Numbered from the stretch's first letter, positions 1 to 9,529 are shown. The stretch is 64,000 nucleotides of DNA from Nitrospirae bacterium MYbin3 (GCA_002753335.1 PEAD01000001.1:62001-126000); one strand, 5' to 3'. Numbers and translations: made by a program. The notes: generated by a model not told the origin, from the letters alone.

Positions 1-82
1 GGTAGATTACGACAGGTATTTTTTCCTTCCTGATAACGTTCAAAAAATTGTCCTGTAGATTCTGCCCCTTGTTTCCAAGCAA
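1..82 (-). CDS. hfq: RNA chaperone Hfq (5' part, truncated by window edge)
   Basis: Manual translation from TTG at 82: MLGNKGQNLQDNFLNVIRKEKIPVVIY, the Hfq N-terminal motif; GGAGG Shine-Dalgarno at 89-93; absent from ORF track. Confidence 0.9.
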   Translation of the reverse strand, partial: MLGNKGQNLQDNFLNVIRKEKIPVVIY

Positions 83-207
83 ATTGAACCTCCCCCTGCC
101 CTGCCGGATTATCATATATCCACCGGACTTTTTGAACTTTTACCTTAAAAGATTTTGCTCAATAATGCAAGCTGTATGATATTATATCCCAATAAAAGGA
201 GATTTTA

Positions 208-411
208 ATGCCTATTTACGAATACCTTTGCAACAAATGCAACAATGAGTTTGAGAAGCTTGTTTTCGGAAACCAGCAGGTTGTGTGCCCCCAATGCTCT
301 TCTACGGAGCTCAAAAAAAAGTTTTCGGTCTTTGGCACAAGCGGCACCGAGAAAAAAGTTTCATCTGGCTGCTCATCCTGCAGCTCCGGATCCTGCAGTA
401 CCTGCAAATAA
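208..411 (+). CDS. FmdB-family zinc-ribbon protein
   Basis: MPIYEYxCxxC...CPxC motif, Cys/Ser-rich tail, AGGAG RBS. Confidence 0.85.
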   Translation: MPIYEYLCNKCNNEFEKLVFGNQQVVCPQCSSTELKKKFSVFGTSGTEKKVSSGCSSCSSGSCSTCK

Positions 412-413
412 GC

Positions 414-830
414 TTACTCCGGATATTTGAAAGGGCTTGTCCGCAAAATATTGTCAACCTTAAGAGGCCTGCCGCTCATCACAAATACGGCAACTCCGCG
501 CTCTTCGGTTTTCTTTGTTCCCCTGAGCCAGCGGCCTTTCCACGAAGAATGCACCATCACCTTGTTCCCGTCTATTTCAACAAGTGTCGGGGCAAACGAA
601 AGCTCGGCGCTGTCAAAAGCCTTGATACTGCTCTTAATTGTCCTGAACCCTTCGCGCGTACAGTTCTTCTCGATAGAAGAATACTCTTTTTTGAGGTAGG
701 CTTCTTTTATTGATTCCAGCACCCCAAATGCTTCTGTAGCCGTTTTTGAATCTTGGGTCGGTTTTGTTGCCTTACCGCAAGCAGCGGTAAATAGGGATAA
801 GACTACAGCAAGCAAGAGAAGACTCCTCAT
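414..830 (-). CDS. Hypothetical lipoprotein
   Basis: Start at MRSLLLLAVVLSLFTAAC (lipobox) after GGAGG RBS. Confidence 0.65.
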   Translation of the reverse strand: MRSLLLLAVVLSLFTAACGKATKPTQDSKTATEAFGVLESIKEAYLKKEYSSIEKNCTREGFRTIKSSIKAFDSAELSFAPTLVEIDGNKVMVHSSWKGRWLRGTKKTEERGVAVFVMSGRPLKVDNILRTSPFKYPE

Positions 831-892
831 TTTAATCCTCCGAACGTTTCCTGATTTTTGAACTTCTATTATAATCCTGCTATGATAAAATT

Positions 893-1336
893 GTGAAGAC
901 AGTTTGTCAGAACCGCAAGGCATACCATGACTACACCATCGAAGAAACCCTTGAAGCCGGCATACAGCTTGTTGGAACAGAGGTTAAGTCTTTGCGCGAA
1001 GGGAAGGCAAATCTTAAAGACAGCCATGCAATAATAAAAGGTGACGAAGTATTTCTGCTGAGCTGCCATGTAAGCCCGTACAGCCACGGCAACATAATGA
1101 ACCACGACCCCTTAAGAACAAGGAAGCTGCTGCTTCACCGCAAAGAGATTGAACGTATGCGCGGAAAGATGCAGCAAAAAGGATACACTTTAGTTCCGCT
1201 GAAAATATATTTTAAAGGCCCTTTCGCAAAAGTGGAGCTGGGTCTCGCAAAAGGTAAGCGCACTTATGAGAAGCGCGAGGCAATCAAAGAGCGCGAGGCA
1301 AAACGTGATATAGAACGGGTTATGAAGTCCCGTTGA
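893..1336 (+). CDS. smpB: SsrA-binding protein SmpB
   Basis: NRKAYHDY, EAGIQLVGTEVKSLR, RKLLLHRKEI motifs; directly upstream of tmRNA. Confidence 0.97.
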   Translation: MKTVCQNRKAYHDYTIEETLEAGIQLVGTEVKSLREGKANLKDSHAIIKGDEVFLLSCHVSPYSHGNIMNHDPLRTRKLLLHRKEIERMRGKMQQKGYTLVPLKIYFKGPFAKVELGLAKGKRTYEKREAIKEREAKRDIERVMKSR

Positions 1337-1372
1337 TTGTGTTAAACTAAATAGAGAAGTTCTTTGACATTT

Positions 1373-1712
1373 GGGGGCGATAGGACTCGACGGGGGTTAT
1401 GAGGCTCAAGTTGCATGCCGTGGCTCCGTCACCACGTAAAAAGATGGAAAAAAACACAAACGCCAATAACGAACTGGCAATCGCTGCTTAGGCAGCACGC
1501 TCCTCTGAAGATGTCTGCGCTTTAGAGTACAGCGTCATATAGCAGGCTGCCGCCGGGTGACTCCCTTAAATCCGGCGAAAGATTAAGGGATGGGATGTCG
1601 GCAGGCCCGTCAGCCGGCAATCCGGCATTCGAGATTAAATAGGCTGAATACGCATGTAGATGCTTGGGAGTAGTGCTTTCGGACGCGGGTTCGATTCCCG
1701 CCGCCTCCACCA
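1373..1712 (+). ncRNA. ssrA: tmRNA (tag peptide ANNELAIAA at 1462-1491)
   Basis: 5' GGGGGCGA; 3' T-arm GGACGCGGGTTCGATTCCCGCCGCCTCCACCA; tag ORF ending AA-stop; adjacent to smpB. Confidence 0.97.
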
Positions 1713-1797
1713 AACAACCAACTCCAGAGACAGATAGAATCTTATACGCCTGTTTTGTTATCATTACCGACAAAACGAAATTATCAGGAGGTTATTT

Positions 1798-1980
1798 ATG
1801 GGAACACCAACAGTTGATGCCGATCTTTGCATCGGTTGCGGTTCATGCGTTGAAGTTTGTCCTGAGGTTTTTGAACTCAGGGACGACAAGGCATGGGTTG
1901 TAGGTTATGACAAATGCAGCACCTGTAATTGCGAAGAAGCTGCTAGCATATGTCCGGTAGAAGCTATTAAATTTGAGTAG
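1798..1980 (+). CDS. Single-cluster ferredoxin
   Basis: CIGCGSCVEVCPEVF ... CPVEAI; AGGAGG RBS. Confidence 0.9.
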   Translation: MGTPTVDADLCIGCGSCVEVCPEVFELRDDKAWVVGYDKCSTCNCEEAASICPVEAIKFE

Positions 1981-1985
1981 TGGTG

Positions 1986-2025
1986 TTTAGTGATAAGGCG
2001 CAGCTTGCTGCGCCTTATCACTAAA
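1986..2025. terminator. Perfect 19-bp inverted repeat between convergent genes (probable bidirectional terminator/stabiliser)
   Basis: TTTAGTGATAAGGCGCAGC-TT-GCTGCGCCTTATCACTAAA. Confidence 0.6.
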
Positions 2026-2578
2026 GATATCTTTTGGCAAGCTCAACGAATCCGTAGATTTTTAAATCAATCAAATCGCCCCTGCTGCTGTAATCGCTTA
2101 TTGTCTCAAAAGCTTTTTCAAAAGGCGTCAAAATTATTTCGATATTTTCTGTTTCGTCCGGAGGGTGCAAGGCTTTGACCTTCTCTGATGCCGGATAAAC
2201 CTCTTTTGCAAGCAGCACATGAAGGGTTTCGGTTGACATCCCGGAAGACACCGGCCCGTCAGCAAGCTTTATGAAATCATCTGCGGTATAGCCGGTTTCT
2301 TCAATAAGCTCTCTCTTGGCAGCCACCAACGGACTCTCGTCTTTTTCATTCAGCCCGGCAGGAAATTCGACCACATAGTTGTTAAGAACAGGCCTGAATT
2401 GGCGGATTAGCAGGAGCTCGCCTTTGTTTGTAACAGGGACAACAACTGTAACCCCGTCGCAATTTACACGCTCAACAGCCTCCCAGTTGCGAAGATTGCC
2501 GCGATGATCTTTGTACGACAGATCCATCATTCTGATAAACCTGCCTTCACATTTTATCTTTTTGCTTATTAGCTCCAT
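2021..2578 (-). CDS. NUDIX hydrolase (ADP-ribose pyrophosphatase-like)
   Basis: Nudix box EFPAGL...AAKRELIEETGY; RQFRP motif. Confidence 0.9.
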   Translation of the reverse strand: MELISKKIKCEGRFIRMMDLSYKDHRGNLRNWEAVERVNCDGVTVVVPVTNKGELLLIRQFRPVLNNYVVEFPAGLNEKDESPLVAAKRELIEETGYTADDFIKLADGPVSSGMSTETLHVLLAKEVYPASEKVKALHPPDETENIEIILTPFEKAFETISDYSSRGDLIDLKIYGFVELAKRYL

Positions 2579-2585
2579 TGGCCTG

Positions 2586-2930
2586 TTATCCCGGAGGCCA
2601 TGCCATATGCCTGCCGCCCAGGACATGAAAATGGATGTGATACACCGTCTGACCACTTTCGTGATTGCAGTTGTTTACGATCCTGAAACCTCTTTCTGAA
2701 ACACCTTTTTCTTTAGCGATTTTATTCGCAACACCAAACAAATGGCCAAGCCAGTTTTTGTCCTCATCAGAAACATCAAGTATTGTGGGTACATGTTTTT
2801 TAGGGATGATAAGAAAATGGACAGGCGCCTGCGGATTTATATCCTCGAAGGCAAGAACCATATCATCCTCATACACGATCTTCGCAGGAATTTTTTTGTC
2901 AATAATTTTGCAGAAAAGGCAATCGCTCAT
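2586..2930 (-). CDS. HIT-family (HinT-like) nucleotide-binding protein
   Basis: DCLFCKI, HIHFHVLGG histidine triad, WPPG end. Confidence 0.93.
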   Translation of the reverse strand: MSDCLFCKIIDKKIPAKIVYEDDMVLAFEDINPQAPVHFLIIPKKHVPTILDVSDEDKNWLGHLFGVANKIAKEKGVSERGFRIVNNCNHESGQTVYHIHFHVLGGRHMAWPPG

Positions 2931-2934
2931 TTTT

Positions 2935-3264
2935 TTACTTATCCTCCTTTTTAATTTCTCTGAAAAAGCATGTTCTGCTGCCGGTATGACAGGCTGCAGG
3001 GCCATGCTGTTTAACCTTGACAAGAAGGGTATCTTCGTCGCAGTCATAGAAAATGGATTTCACCTCCTGAACATTGCCTGAGGTCTCGCCTTTTTTCCAG
3101 AACTTCTGCCTCGAACGAGACCAGAAATGCGTAAAGCCGGTTTCGACCGTCATCTTCAGCGAGGCTTCATTCATATACGCCATCATAAGCAGATCGCCAT
3201 TTTCTATGTCCTGAATGATGGCCGGTATCAAGCCTTTGTCATCGTACTTTAGTTTAGGCAGCAT
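2935..3264 (-). CDS. hisI: Phosphoribosyl-AMP cyclohydrolase
   Basis: [29 protein letters not shown] motifs. Confidence 0.95.
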   Translation of the reverse strand: MLPKLKYDDKGLIPAIIQDIENGDLLMMAYMNEASLKMTVETGFTHFWSRSRQKFWKKGETSGNVQEVKSIFYDCDEDTLLVKVKQHGPAACHTGSRTCFFREIKKEDK

Positions 3265-3303
3265 CAACCCTCCTCTTAAAACTGATTATAATACCATTTT
3301 GAG

Positions 3304-4122
3304 CTATTCATGAAAAAAGCTGCAACGCCTCAATGCAAAAGCCACAAAGAATAAAACAAAGTTGATCAATACAATAGAAGCTCCTGCAGGCAGGTTTATG
3401 CAAAAAGAAACAAAAATGCCTGTGATTACCGACACAACTCCTGTGGCCGCCGCTATAAAAAGTGTGTGTTTAAAGCCCCTGCCTATCTGAAAAGCGGTTA
3501 CGGCCGGAAGAATCAACAGAGCGGACGTAAGCATTATGCCGACAAGCCTCATAGTCAGCACAACGGTTATTGAGGTCAGAACAGCCAGGATAAGGTTTAT
3601 CCGAGCAACGTTTATTCCGGAGGCCTTTGCAAATTCCTCGTCAAAGGTCATAGAAAATATTTCGTCGAAATAAAAACAGATCGTCAGAAGAACAAGTGCA
3701 GCAAGAAACATAGAGATATAAACTTCTGCGGCACCTATAGAAAGTATATTCCCGAAAAGGTAGCTTAGGATATCTACATTAAAGCCGCCTGATGCACTTG
3801 CTATCACTACTCCAACCGCTATTCCGAGGGAGGAAACAATCCCGATGGCAGCATCTCCGTAGATTCCGGCCCTCTCTATTAGCTTCAAGATTCCTACAGA
3901 GCTGATCATTACCAAAGGAATAGAAACATATAGAGGATAGACCTTCAGGGCAAGCCCCAGCGCCACGCTGCCGAAGGTGACGTGAGCGAGCCCGTCGCCC
4001 ATAAGCGAAAGTCTTCGCAAAACGAGCAGAACTCCGAGCACAGAGCAAAGCACCGCAATAAAAGATCCGGCGACAATCGCCCGTTGGATAAAGCCATAAC
4101 TTAGAAATTCCAACATATCCAT
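3304..4122 (-). CDS. znuB: Zn/Mn ABC transporter permease (ZnuB-like)
   Basis: Hydrophobic; GDGLAH and YLFGNIL motifs; operon with ATPase and SBP. Confidence 0.88.
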   Translation of the reverse strand: MDMLEFLSYGFIQRAIVAGSFIAVLCSVLGVLLVLRRLSLMGDGLAHVTFGSVALGLALKVYPLYVSIPLVMISSVGILKLIERAGIYGDAAIGIVSSLGIAVGVVIASASGGFNVDILSYLFGNILSIGAAEVYISMFLAALVLLTICFYFDEIFSMTFDEEFAKASGINVARINLILAVLTSITVVLTMRLVGIMLTSALLILPAVTAFQIGRGFKHTLFIAAATGVVSVITGIFVSFCINLPAGASIVLINFVLFFVAFALRRCSFFHE

Positions 4123-4123
4123 A

Positions 4124-4876
4124 TCAGTTGTGTTTGTGGCATATAATGTGCTGTGAAGACTCGCCGAAAAAATGCGCCATGCTGTCAGAACGGCAGAATT
4201 CATCGAAGCTGCCGTAAAAAATTATCCGTTTATCCAGATAAAGCAGTTTTGATGCGTATTTGCCGATTGTTCCCATATCGTGTGTTACAAAGATTACGGT
4301 AACTCTTTTTTCTTTGTTCAAGCTGTTTACGAGGGCAAAAAAGTTTTCGCGGGTTTCGGGATCGAGTGCTGTTGTTGGCTCGTCCAGTATAAGAAGCTTA
4401 GGCTCGTTCACGAGGGCCCTTGCTATAAAAACCCTTTGCTGCTGTCCTCCGGATAGGTCGCCGATAAGCTTATGCGAAATGCCCGAAATATTTGTCAGCT
4501 CAAGCGCCCTGTCTATCGCTTCTATATCAGTTTCTCGGATGCGGCTCGATGATTTTTTTCTTGCAAACAATCCGAGTCCTACGATTTCGCGAACCGTAGA
4601 AGGGAAACCCTGATTTAAAGAAAGGTGCTTTTGCGGAAGGTATCCGATTTTTGGCCATTCCTGCTGCTCGTCGGGATGATATCCGAATACACGTATGCAG
4701 CCTTTAGCCGACTTTATCAAGCCTAGCATCGCTTTAATCAGGGTGGTTTTGCCAGAACCGTTCGGACCGACAAGCCCAACATAGTCGCCTTCTCCGACCT
4801 CAAAATTCAGATCAGAAAGCACCTCTGCCGAGTTATGCCTGCATGAAAAATCCTGCGCCGAAACTACTGTTTGCAT
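4124..4876 (-). CDS. znuC: Zn/Mn ABC transporter ATP-binding protein (ZnuC-like)
   Basis: Walker A GPNGSGKTT, LSGGQQQRV, LDEPT. Confidence 0.88.
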   Translation of the reverse strand: MQTVVSAQDFSCRHNSAEVLSDLNFEVGEGDYVGLVGPNGSGKTTLIKAMLGLIKSAKGCIRVFGYHPDEQQEWPKIGYLPQKHLSLNQGFPSTVREIVGLGLFARKKSSSRIRETDIEAIDRALELTNISGISHKLIGDLSGGQQQRVFIARALVNEPKLLILDEPTTALDPETRENFFALVNSLNKEKRVTVIFVTHDMGTIGKYASKLLYLDKRIIFYGSFDEFCRSDSMAHFFGESSQHIICHKHN

Positions 4877-5799
4877 TGCAGCCCCACTTTAATATTCTCG
4901 AGATTTCTCTCCATAAGAGAGATGAACGTAGTGCCGTTGTCAAGTTCCTGCTTTGATATATTATGCCCTCCATGCAAAAGAATAAGCGAAGCTCCCGTTT
5001 CCTTTGCTATGACCTCGGCAATGCGCGGAGTGACAAGCTCCTCATAGAAAATATGCTTTAAGCCTTCGTTTTTCAATATCTTGCTCATCTTCACAAGGTT
5101 TTGTGGAGATGGTTCGGCATCCGGAGAAAAACCTGAAGCCGAAACATATCTTAAATTATACCTTTTTGCAAGATGGCCAAAAGCAAAATGTCCCCCATGC
5201 ACGACAGTATTATGCTTGCAGGTTTTTAAAACAGCAGAAAACTTACGGTCAAGGTCGGCCAAAGTTTCTTTAAGTTTTCTCGCGTTGCTCTGATAGAGTT
5301 CTCTTTTTGCCGGTTTTTTAGAAATGAAATTCTCTAGTATGTTGTCGGCTATTTTTTGGGCCTTCTCTAAGTCAAGCCATATATGAGGGTCATGGGAAGC
5401 GCGTTCAAACCTATGTTCGGAATGCTCATCAGCCAAAGGAATCCCTTTGCCTGCTTCAACTAGCAGCAGTTTGGGAGACCGCAGGCTTTTTAGCAGAGAG
5501 TTGGCCCACGGCTCCATAATATTGTTTGTGTATAAAAAAATTTCGGCACGGTTTGCCGCAATTATATTTTCTGGACGTGGATCAAAGCTGTGAGGCTCTG
5601 TGCCCGGAGGAATCAGGAGTGATACATCAGCATCTTCACCGCCTATTTGGCGTGCAAAGTCATAAAGAGGGAAAATAGTTGCGACTACTTTTAACTTGCC
5701 GTTCCGGCTAGATTCTATGGTCTGGTTTTTTGTTTCGCACGATGAAAGTAAGGCAAAAACAAAGAATGCAACAAATAAAATCATCAAGAACTTACGCAT
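4864..5799 (-). CDS. znuA: Zn/Mn ABC transporter substrate-binding lipoprotein (ZnuA/AdcA-like)
   Basis: Lipobox LSSC; EPHSFDP and DPHIWLD metal-binding motifs. Confidence 0.88.
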   Translation of the reverse strand: MRKFLMILFVAFFVFALLSSCETKNQTIESSRNGKLKVVATIFPLYDFARQIGGEDADVSLLIPPGTEPHSFDPRPENIIAANRAEIFLYTNNIMEPWANSLLKSLRSPKLLLVEAGKGIPLADEHSEHRFERASHDPHIWLDLEKAQKIADNILENFISKKPAKRELYQSNARKLKETLADLDRKFSAVLKTCKHNTVVHGGHFAFGHLAKRYNLRYVSASGFSPDAEPSPQNLVKMSKILKNEGLKHIFYEELVTPRIAEVIAKETGASLILLHGGHNISKQELDNGTTFISLMERNLENIKVGLQCKQ

Positions 5800-5815
5800 T
5801 TATAAAAATCACCGG

Positions 5816-6217
5816 TCAGCCCGCTCTGCGCGAGAAAAAGTGTTCTTTATAATTTTTATCTACCTCTAAAATATGATGGGTGAGCCAGTTCTTTAAAAAT
5901 TCGAGAACCTCACTGCCTATGTTGCTGCTCTCCGCTGTATCCATCAGTTCCATAGTTTTTAAGGTCAGATGAAGATGCTCCTCCCTATGTGAAGGGTAGC
6001 CCGGATATTCGACCCGCTCCATGGCATCTTCTTCGGCTAAAAAATGATAGACGGTGTAATTATAAAGTTCTGCAAGCACCTCTTTTATGATTTTATCCTC
6101 TTTTTTTTCGGACACAGCATCGTTGAGCTTGTTTATGATGTCGCATAACTTGCGATGATGAGCATCAAACTCTTCAATGCCGACGCTCATGTTTTCGGTC
6201 CATTCTATAAACCCCAT
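5816..6217 (-). CDS. Bacteriohemerythrin
   Basis: W...SVG..FD.HH, HFLAEE, H..EH, WL.HHI..VD diiron motifs; AGGAG RBS before MGFIEW. Confidence 0.9.
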   Translation of the reverse strand: MGFIEWTENMSVGIEEFDAHHRKLCDIINKLNDAVSEKKEDKIIKEVLAELYNYTVYHFLAEEDAMERVEYPGYPSHREEHLHLTLKTMELMDTAESSNIGSEVLEFLKNWLTHHILEVDKNYKEHFFSRRAG

Positions 6218-6311
6218 ACCTGCTCCTTCCGGATTGTTATGTCTGATAAGCGAAACAATTTTAGCAAAAATCAAGTCGGTGCTTCAATTTGACTAGAGCC
6301 TGCAAAGCTTA

Positions 6312-7097
6312 TTAATTTCGAATGTTCTTCTGCATCCTTAAACGAATTATTACCAAGCCTGCTGCGATCATTACTGCACACAAAACCTGCCCCATAGTTA
6401 AGAACCCCAAAATAAAGCCAACCTGCGCATCCGGCTCTCTGAAGAACTCAACAATGAATCTAAACACCCCGTAAAAGATCAAAAACAGCCCTGAAATAAC
6501 GCCGTTGCTAAAGTTTTTATTCTTTAAAAACCACATTATTACGAAAAGCAGAATCCCTTCCAAAAAGAGCTCATAAAGCTGTGACGGATGGCGTGGCAAT
6601 GGGCCTCCTGAAGGGAATAACACAGCCCACGGGACATCTGTAATCCTGCCATAAAGCTCGGCATTAATAAAGTTGCCGAGCCTGCCGAGCCCTATGCCTA
6701 TAGGTGCCGTTGCTACAATCAAATCCGACAAAATCCAGAAATCGGAAAATGTCTTTCGGCTAAAAAGAAGTCCTGCCACAATAACGCCTATTAACCCACC
6801 GTGAAAAGACATCCCGCCCTGCCAGACCGCAAATATTTCGATAGGGTGGCTAACATAGTAGGTGGGGTTGTAGAAAACCACATATCCGAGCCTTGCCCCC
6901 AAAATCAGCCCCAAGATAAGATATGAAAAAAGAGACTCTACAAATTCTGCACCGAAAGCAAGCCCTTTTTTCTTGATCTGTGCCTTGATTAGCAGATAGG
7001 ACGCAAGAAATCCAAGAAGGTACATCATGCCATACCATCTTACTGCAAAGGGTCCGATATTAATTATTTCTGGGCTTATGTTCGGAAAAGGTATCAT
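6312..7097 (-). CDS. lgt: Prolipoprotein diacylglyceryl transferase
   Basis: RWYG, GGMSFHGG, GRLGNFINAELYGR, RHPSQLYE. Confidence 0.96.
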   Translation of the reverse strand: MIPFPNISPEIINIGPFAVRWYGMMYLLGFLASYLLIKAQIKKKGLAFGAEFVESLFSYLILGLILGARLGYVVFYNPTYYVSHPIEIFAVWQGGMSFHGGLIGVIVAGLLFSRKTFSDFWILSDLIVATAPIGIGLGRLGNFINAELYGRITDVPWAVLFPSGGPLPRHPSQLYELFLEGILLFVIMWFLKNKNFSNGVISGLFLIFYGVFRFIVEFFREPDAQVGFILGFLTMGQVLCAVMIAAGLVIIRLRMQKNIRN

Positions 7098-7198
7098 GCT
7101 TTTTATTTCAAACAACTTTTAATTATACCTTAAAGTTGCGGATATTTAAGCTGAATACATGCCTTTTTGCAGGCTCATTGGTTATCATAATAAACTGC

Positions 7199-8404
7199 AT
7201 GAATAATGGACAGCGTTTTTCAGCTTTATACGTAAGGGATTTCCGGCTTTTTTGGTTCGGACAGGTTATATCGCTTTCTGGCACATGGATGCACTCGGTT
7301 GCTCAAAGCTGGCTGGTATATTCCCTCACAAAGTCTCCTCTATATTTAGGCATAATAGCTTCATTATCCGCTTTGCCGATTTTGCTGTTTGCACTTTTTG
7401 GGGGGATAGTGGCGGACAGATATCCCAAAAGAAACATCCTTATCATTACTCAGATTCTTTCGGTGCAGGCGGCATTGATAGTCGGGGTTCTTGCCGACAA
7501 ACAGCTTGTGACCATCTGGCATATGGGCATAATAGCCTTCTTTCTCGGAACGGTTAACGCCTTTGATATTCCTGCAAGGCAGGCGTTTCTTGCTGAAGTG
7601 GTGAACAAGGCCGACATAACAAACGCAATAGCTTTGAATTCGGCAGCTTTCAACGGCGCCAGAATAATAGGCCCCATACTAGCCGGATTTATTATTGCAG
7701 CCTATGGGATACCCACATGTTTTTATCTTAATGCTGCGAGTTTTATACCGGTCATAATTTTCATGTGGATGATACGCGCAAAAGGACAGCTAAAAGCTTA
7801 CAGCACAGGAATGTACGAAGGAATTGTTGACGGATGGAGGTTCGTAAAAAAAGAGCGTCCGATATTCTGCATAATGTCTTTGATAGCGGTGTTCAGTTTA
7901 TTCGGAGTGCCATACCTGACCTTAATGCCGGTTCTTGCAGAAGAGATATTTCATAAAGGCGCGGCAGGTCTGAGCTATCTTATAGCATCTGCCGGCACAG
8001 GTTCATTTATAGCCGCAATGACGCTTGCGTTCAGGGGAGATGTTGAGAGAAAAGACTTTTATATACCTTTTGCCGGCATTGTGTTTTCGCTCGCGGTGCT
8101 TGGCATAGCTTTTTCGCCAAACTTTTATCTTTCTATGGCTCTCGTTTTCATCGCAGGCTGGGGGGTAGTCAGCTTTTTAGCAACAGGCAACAGCTTTATA
8201 CAAAATACTGTGCCGGATGCCTTGAGGGGCAGGGTTATGAGCCTCTACACTATTGTATTTCTAGGCTTTGCGCCTCTCGGCAACTCTATGGTCGGCTTTA
8301 TGGCGGATATTTTCGGAGCGATGGAATCGCTGAGAATATTCGCTGTTTTATGTCTTGGCGGAAGCTTAATTTTTGCACAACGCTTCAGGAGGCTTTTATG
8401 CTAA
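7199..8404 (+). CDS. MFS transporter
   Basis: Multi-TM protein with FRLFWFGQ, GGIVADRYPKR, RGRVMS motifs. Confidence 0.9.
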   Translation: MNNGQRFSALYVRDFRLFWFGQVISLSGTWMHSVAQSWLVYSLTKSPLYLGIIASLSALPILLFALFGGIVADRYPKRNILIITQILSVQAALIVGVLADKQLVTIWHMGIIAFFLGTVNAFDIPARQAFLAEVVNKADITNAIALNSAAFNGARIIGPILAGFIIAAYGIPTCFYLNAASFIPVIIFMWMIRAKGQLKAYSTGMYEGIVDGWRFVKKERPIFCIMSLIAVFSLFGVPYLTLMPVLAEEIFHKGAAGLSYLIASAGTGSFIAAMTLAFRGDVERKDFYIPFAGIVFSLAVLGIAFSPNFYLSMALVFIAGWGVVSFLATGNSFIQNTVPDALRGRVMSLYTIVFLGFAPLGNSMVGFMADIFGAMESLRIFAVLCLGGSLIFAQRFRRLLC

Positions 8405-9084
8405 TTCTTGCGCTTGATACATCCACAATGCTTGGAGGCGCGGCGCTTATCAGGGATGACGTTTTAATAGCCGAATCACGGCTCAATGTAAAGATAACTC
8501 ATTCCGAAAGAATAATGACCGAAATAAACGGAATCCTGCTGCGCTCAGGTCTTTCATTGCAGGATGTTGATGTATTTGGCATTGCGGCAGGCCCCGGCTC
8601 TTTCACAGGACTGCGTGTAGGACTTAGCACTATAAAAGGGCTTGTGTATGCAACAGGCAAGAAAATGGTTTCGGCATCAACTTTGCGGTCGCTAGCATGG
8701 AACTTTCCGTTCAGCGCCTATGATGTCTGCCCGATTTTAGATGCACGCAGAAAAGAGGTTTATGCAGGAATCTTTTCGTGGAGAGATGCAGATTTTTTAA
8801 CCTTGATGCCTGAGCAGGCTGTTCCGTTAGAGGTTCTTCTTGAAAATATAAAATCTCCCACAGTTTTTCTCGGCGACGGCGTTCCGATATACAGAACCCA
8901 AATCGATCAACGACTTGGAGATAACGCTATCTTTGCACCTCCGCATAAGTCTGTACCATCCCCTGCCAACACAGCCTATCTGTGCCTTCAAAAGGCGCTG
9001 AGGGGGGAGTTTGAAGATCCTATAGCCTTGATGCCAACATACTTGAGAAGGTCGGAAGCAGAAATTAAGCTAAAGGAGCAGTAG
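8398..9084 (+). CDS. tsaB: tRNA threonylcarbamoyladenosine biosynthesis protein TsaB
   Basis: LALDTS, GPGSFTGLRVG, DARRKEVY, PTYLRRSEAE. Confidence 0.95.
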   Translation: MLILALDTSTMLGGAALIRDDVLIAESRLNVKITHSERIMTEINGILLRSGLSLQDVDVFGIAAGPGSFTGLRVGLSTIKGLVYATGKKMVSASTLRSLAWNFPFSAYDVCPILDARRKEVYAGIFSWRDADFLTLMPEQAVPLEVLLENIKSPTVFLGDGVPIYRTQIDQRLGDNAIFAPPHKSVPSPANTAYLCLQKALRGEFEDPIALMPTYLRRSEAEIKLKEQ

Positions 9085-9097
9085 CATCAGCAAGTCT

Positions 9098-9529
9098 GTG
9101 CTAAGAGAGATTAAGGAAGAGGATCTGCCTGCCGTGCTTGCCATAGAAAGGCTGTGTTTCAGTATGCCTTGGTCCGAGGCCTCTTTTTTAAGCGAGCTTT
9201 ACAGTCCTCGATCTATCGGGCTGTTGGCCGAAACTAACAACAGGATTGCTGGTTATATCTGCGTAAGTTATTTTGAAGAAGAGGCGCAGCTTCTTGACCT
9301 TGCTGTACACCCTGAATTCAGGAGATGCGGCGTCGGACGAATGCTTTTAAACTCAGTGCTTGGTGATGTAAAAAAGACCGGATGCAAAAATATATTTCTC
9401 GAGGTGAGAAAATCCAATTCCGACTCGATAAGGTTTTACGAAAAAGCTGGCTTCAGCCAAACAGGGGAGAGGAAGAATTACTATATCAACCCAGTCGAAA
9501 ATGCAGTAATCATGCGGCTTGAACTCTGA
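9098..9529 (+). CDS. rimI: Ribosomal protein S18 alanine N-acetyltransferase
   Basis: GNAT; PWSE, LEVRKSN, RKNYY; follows tsaB. Confidence 0.9.
   Translation: MLREIKEEDLPAVLAIERLCFSMPWSEASFLSELYSPRSIGLLAETNNRIAGYICVSYFEEEAQLLDLAVHPEFRRCGVGRMLLNSVLGDVKKTGCKNIFLEVRKSNSDSIRFYEKAGFSQTGERKNYYINPVENAVIMRLEL

Noticed and set aside
1522..1903. ORFs 1522-1773 (-) and 1664-1903 (+)
   Set aside because: They overlap tmRNA and ferredoxin and are shadow frames.
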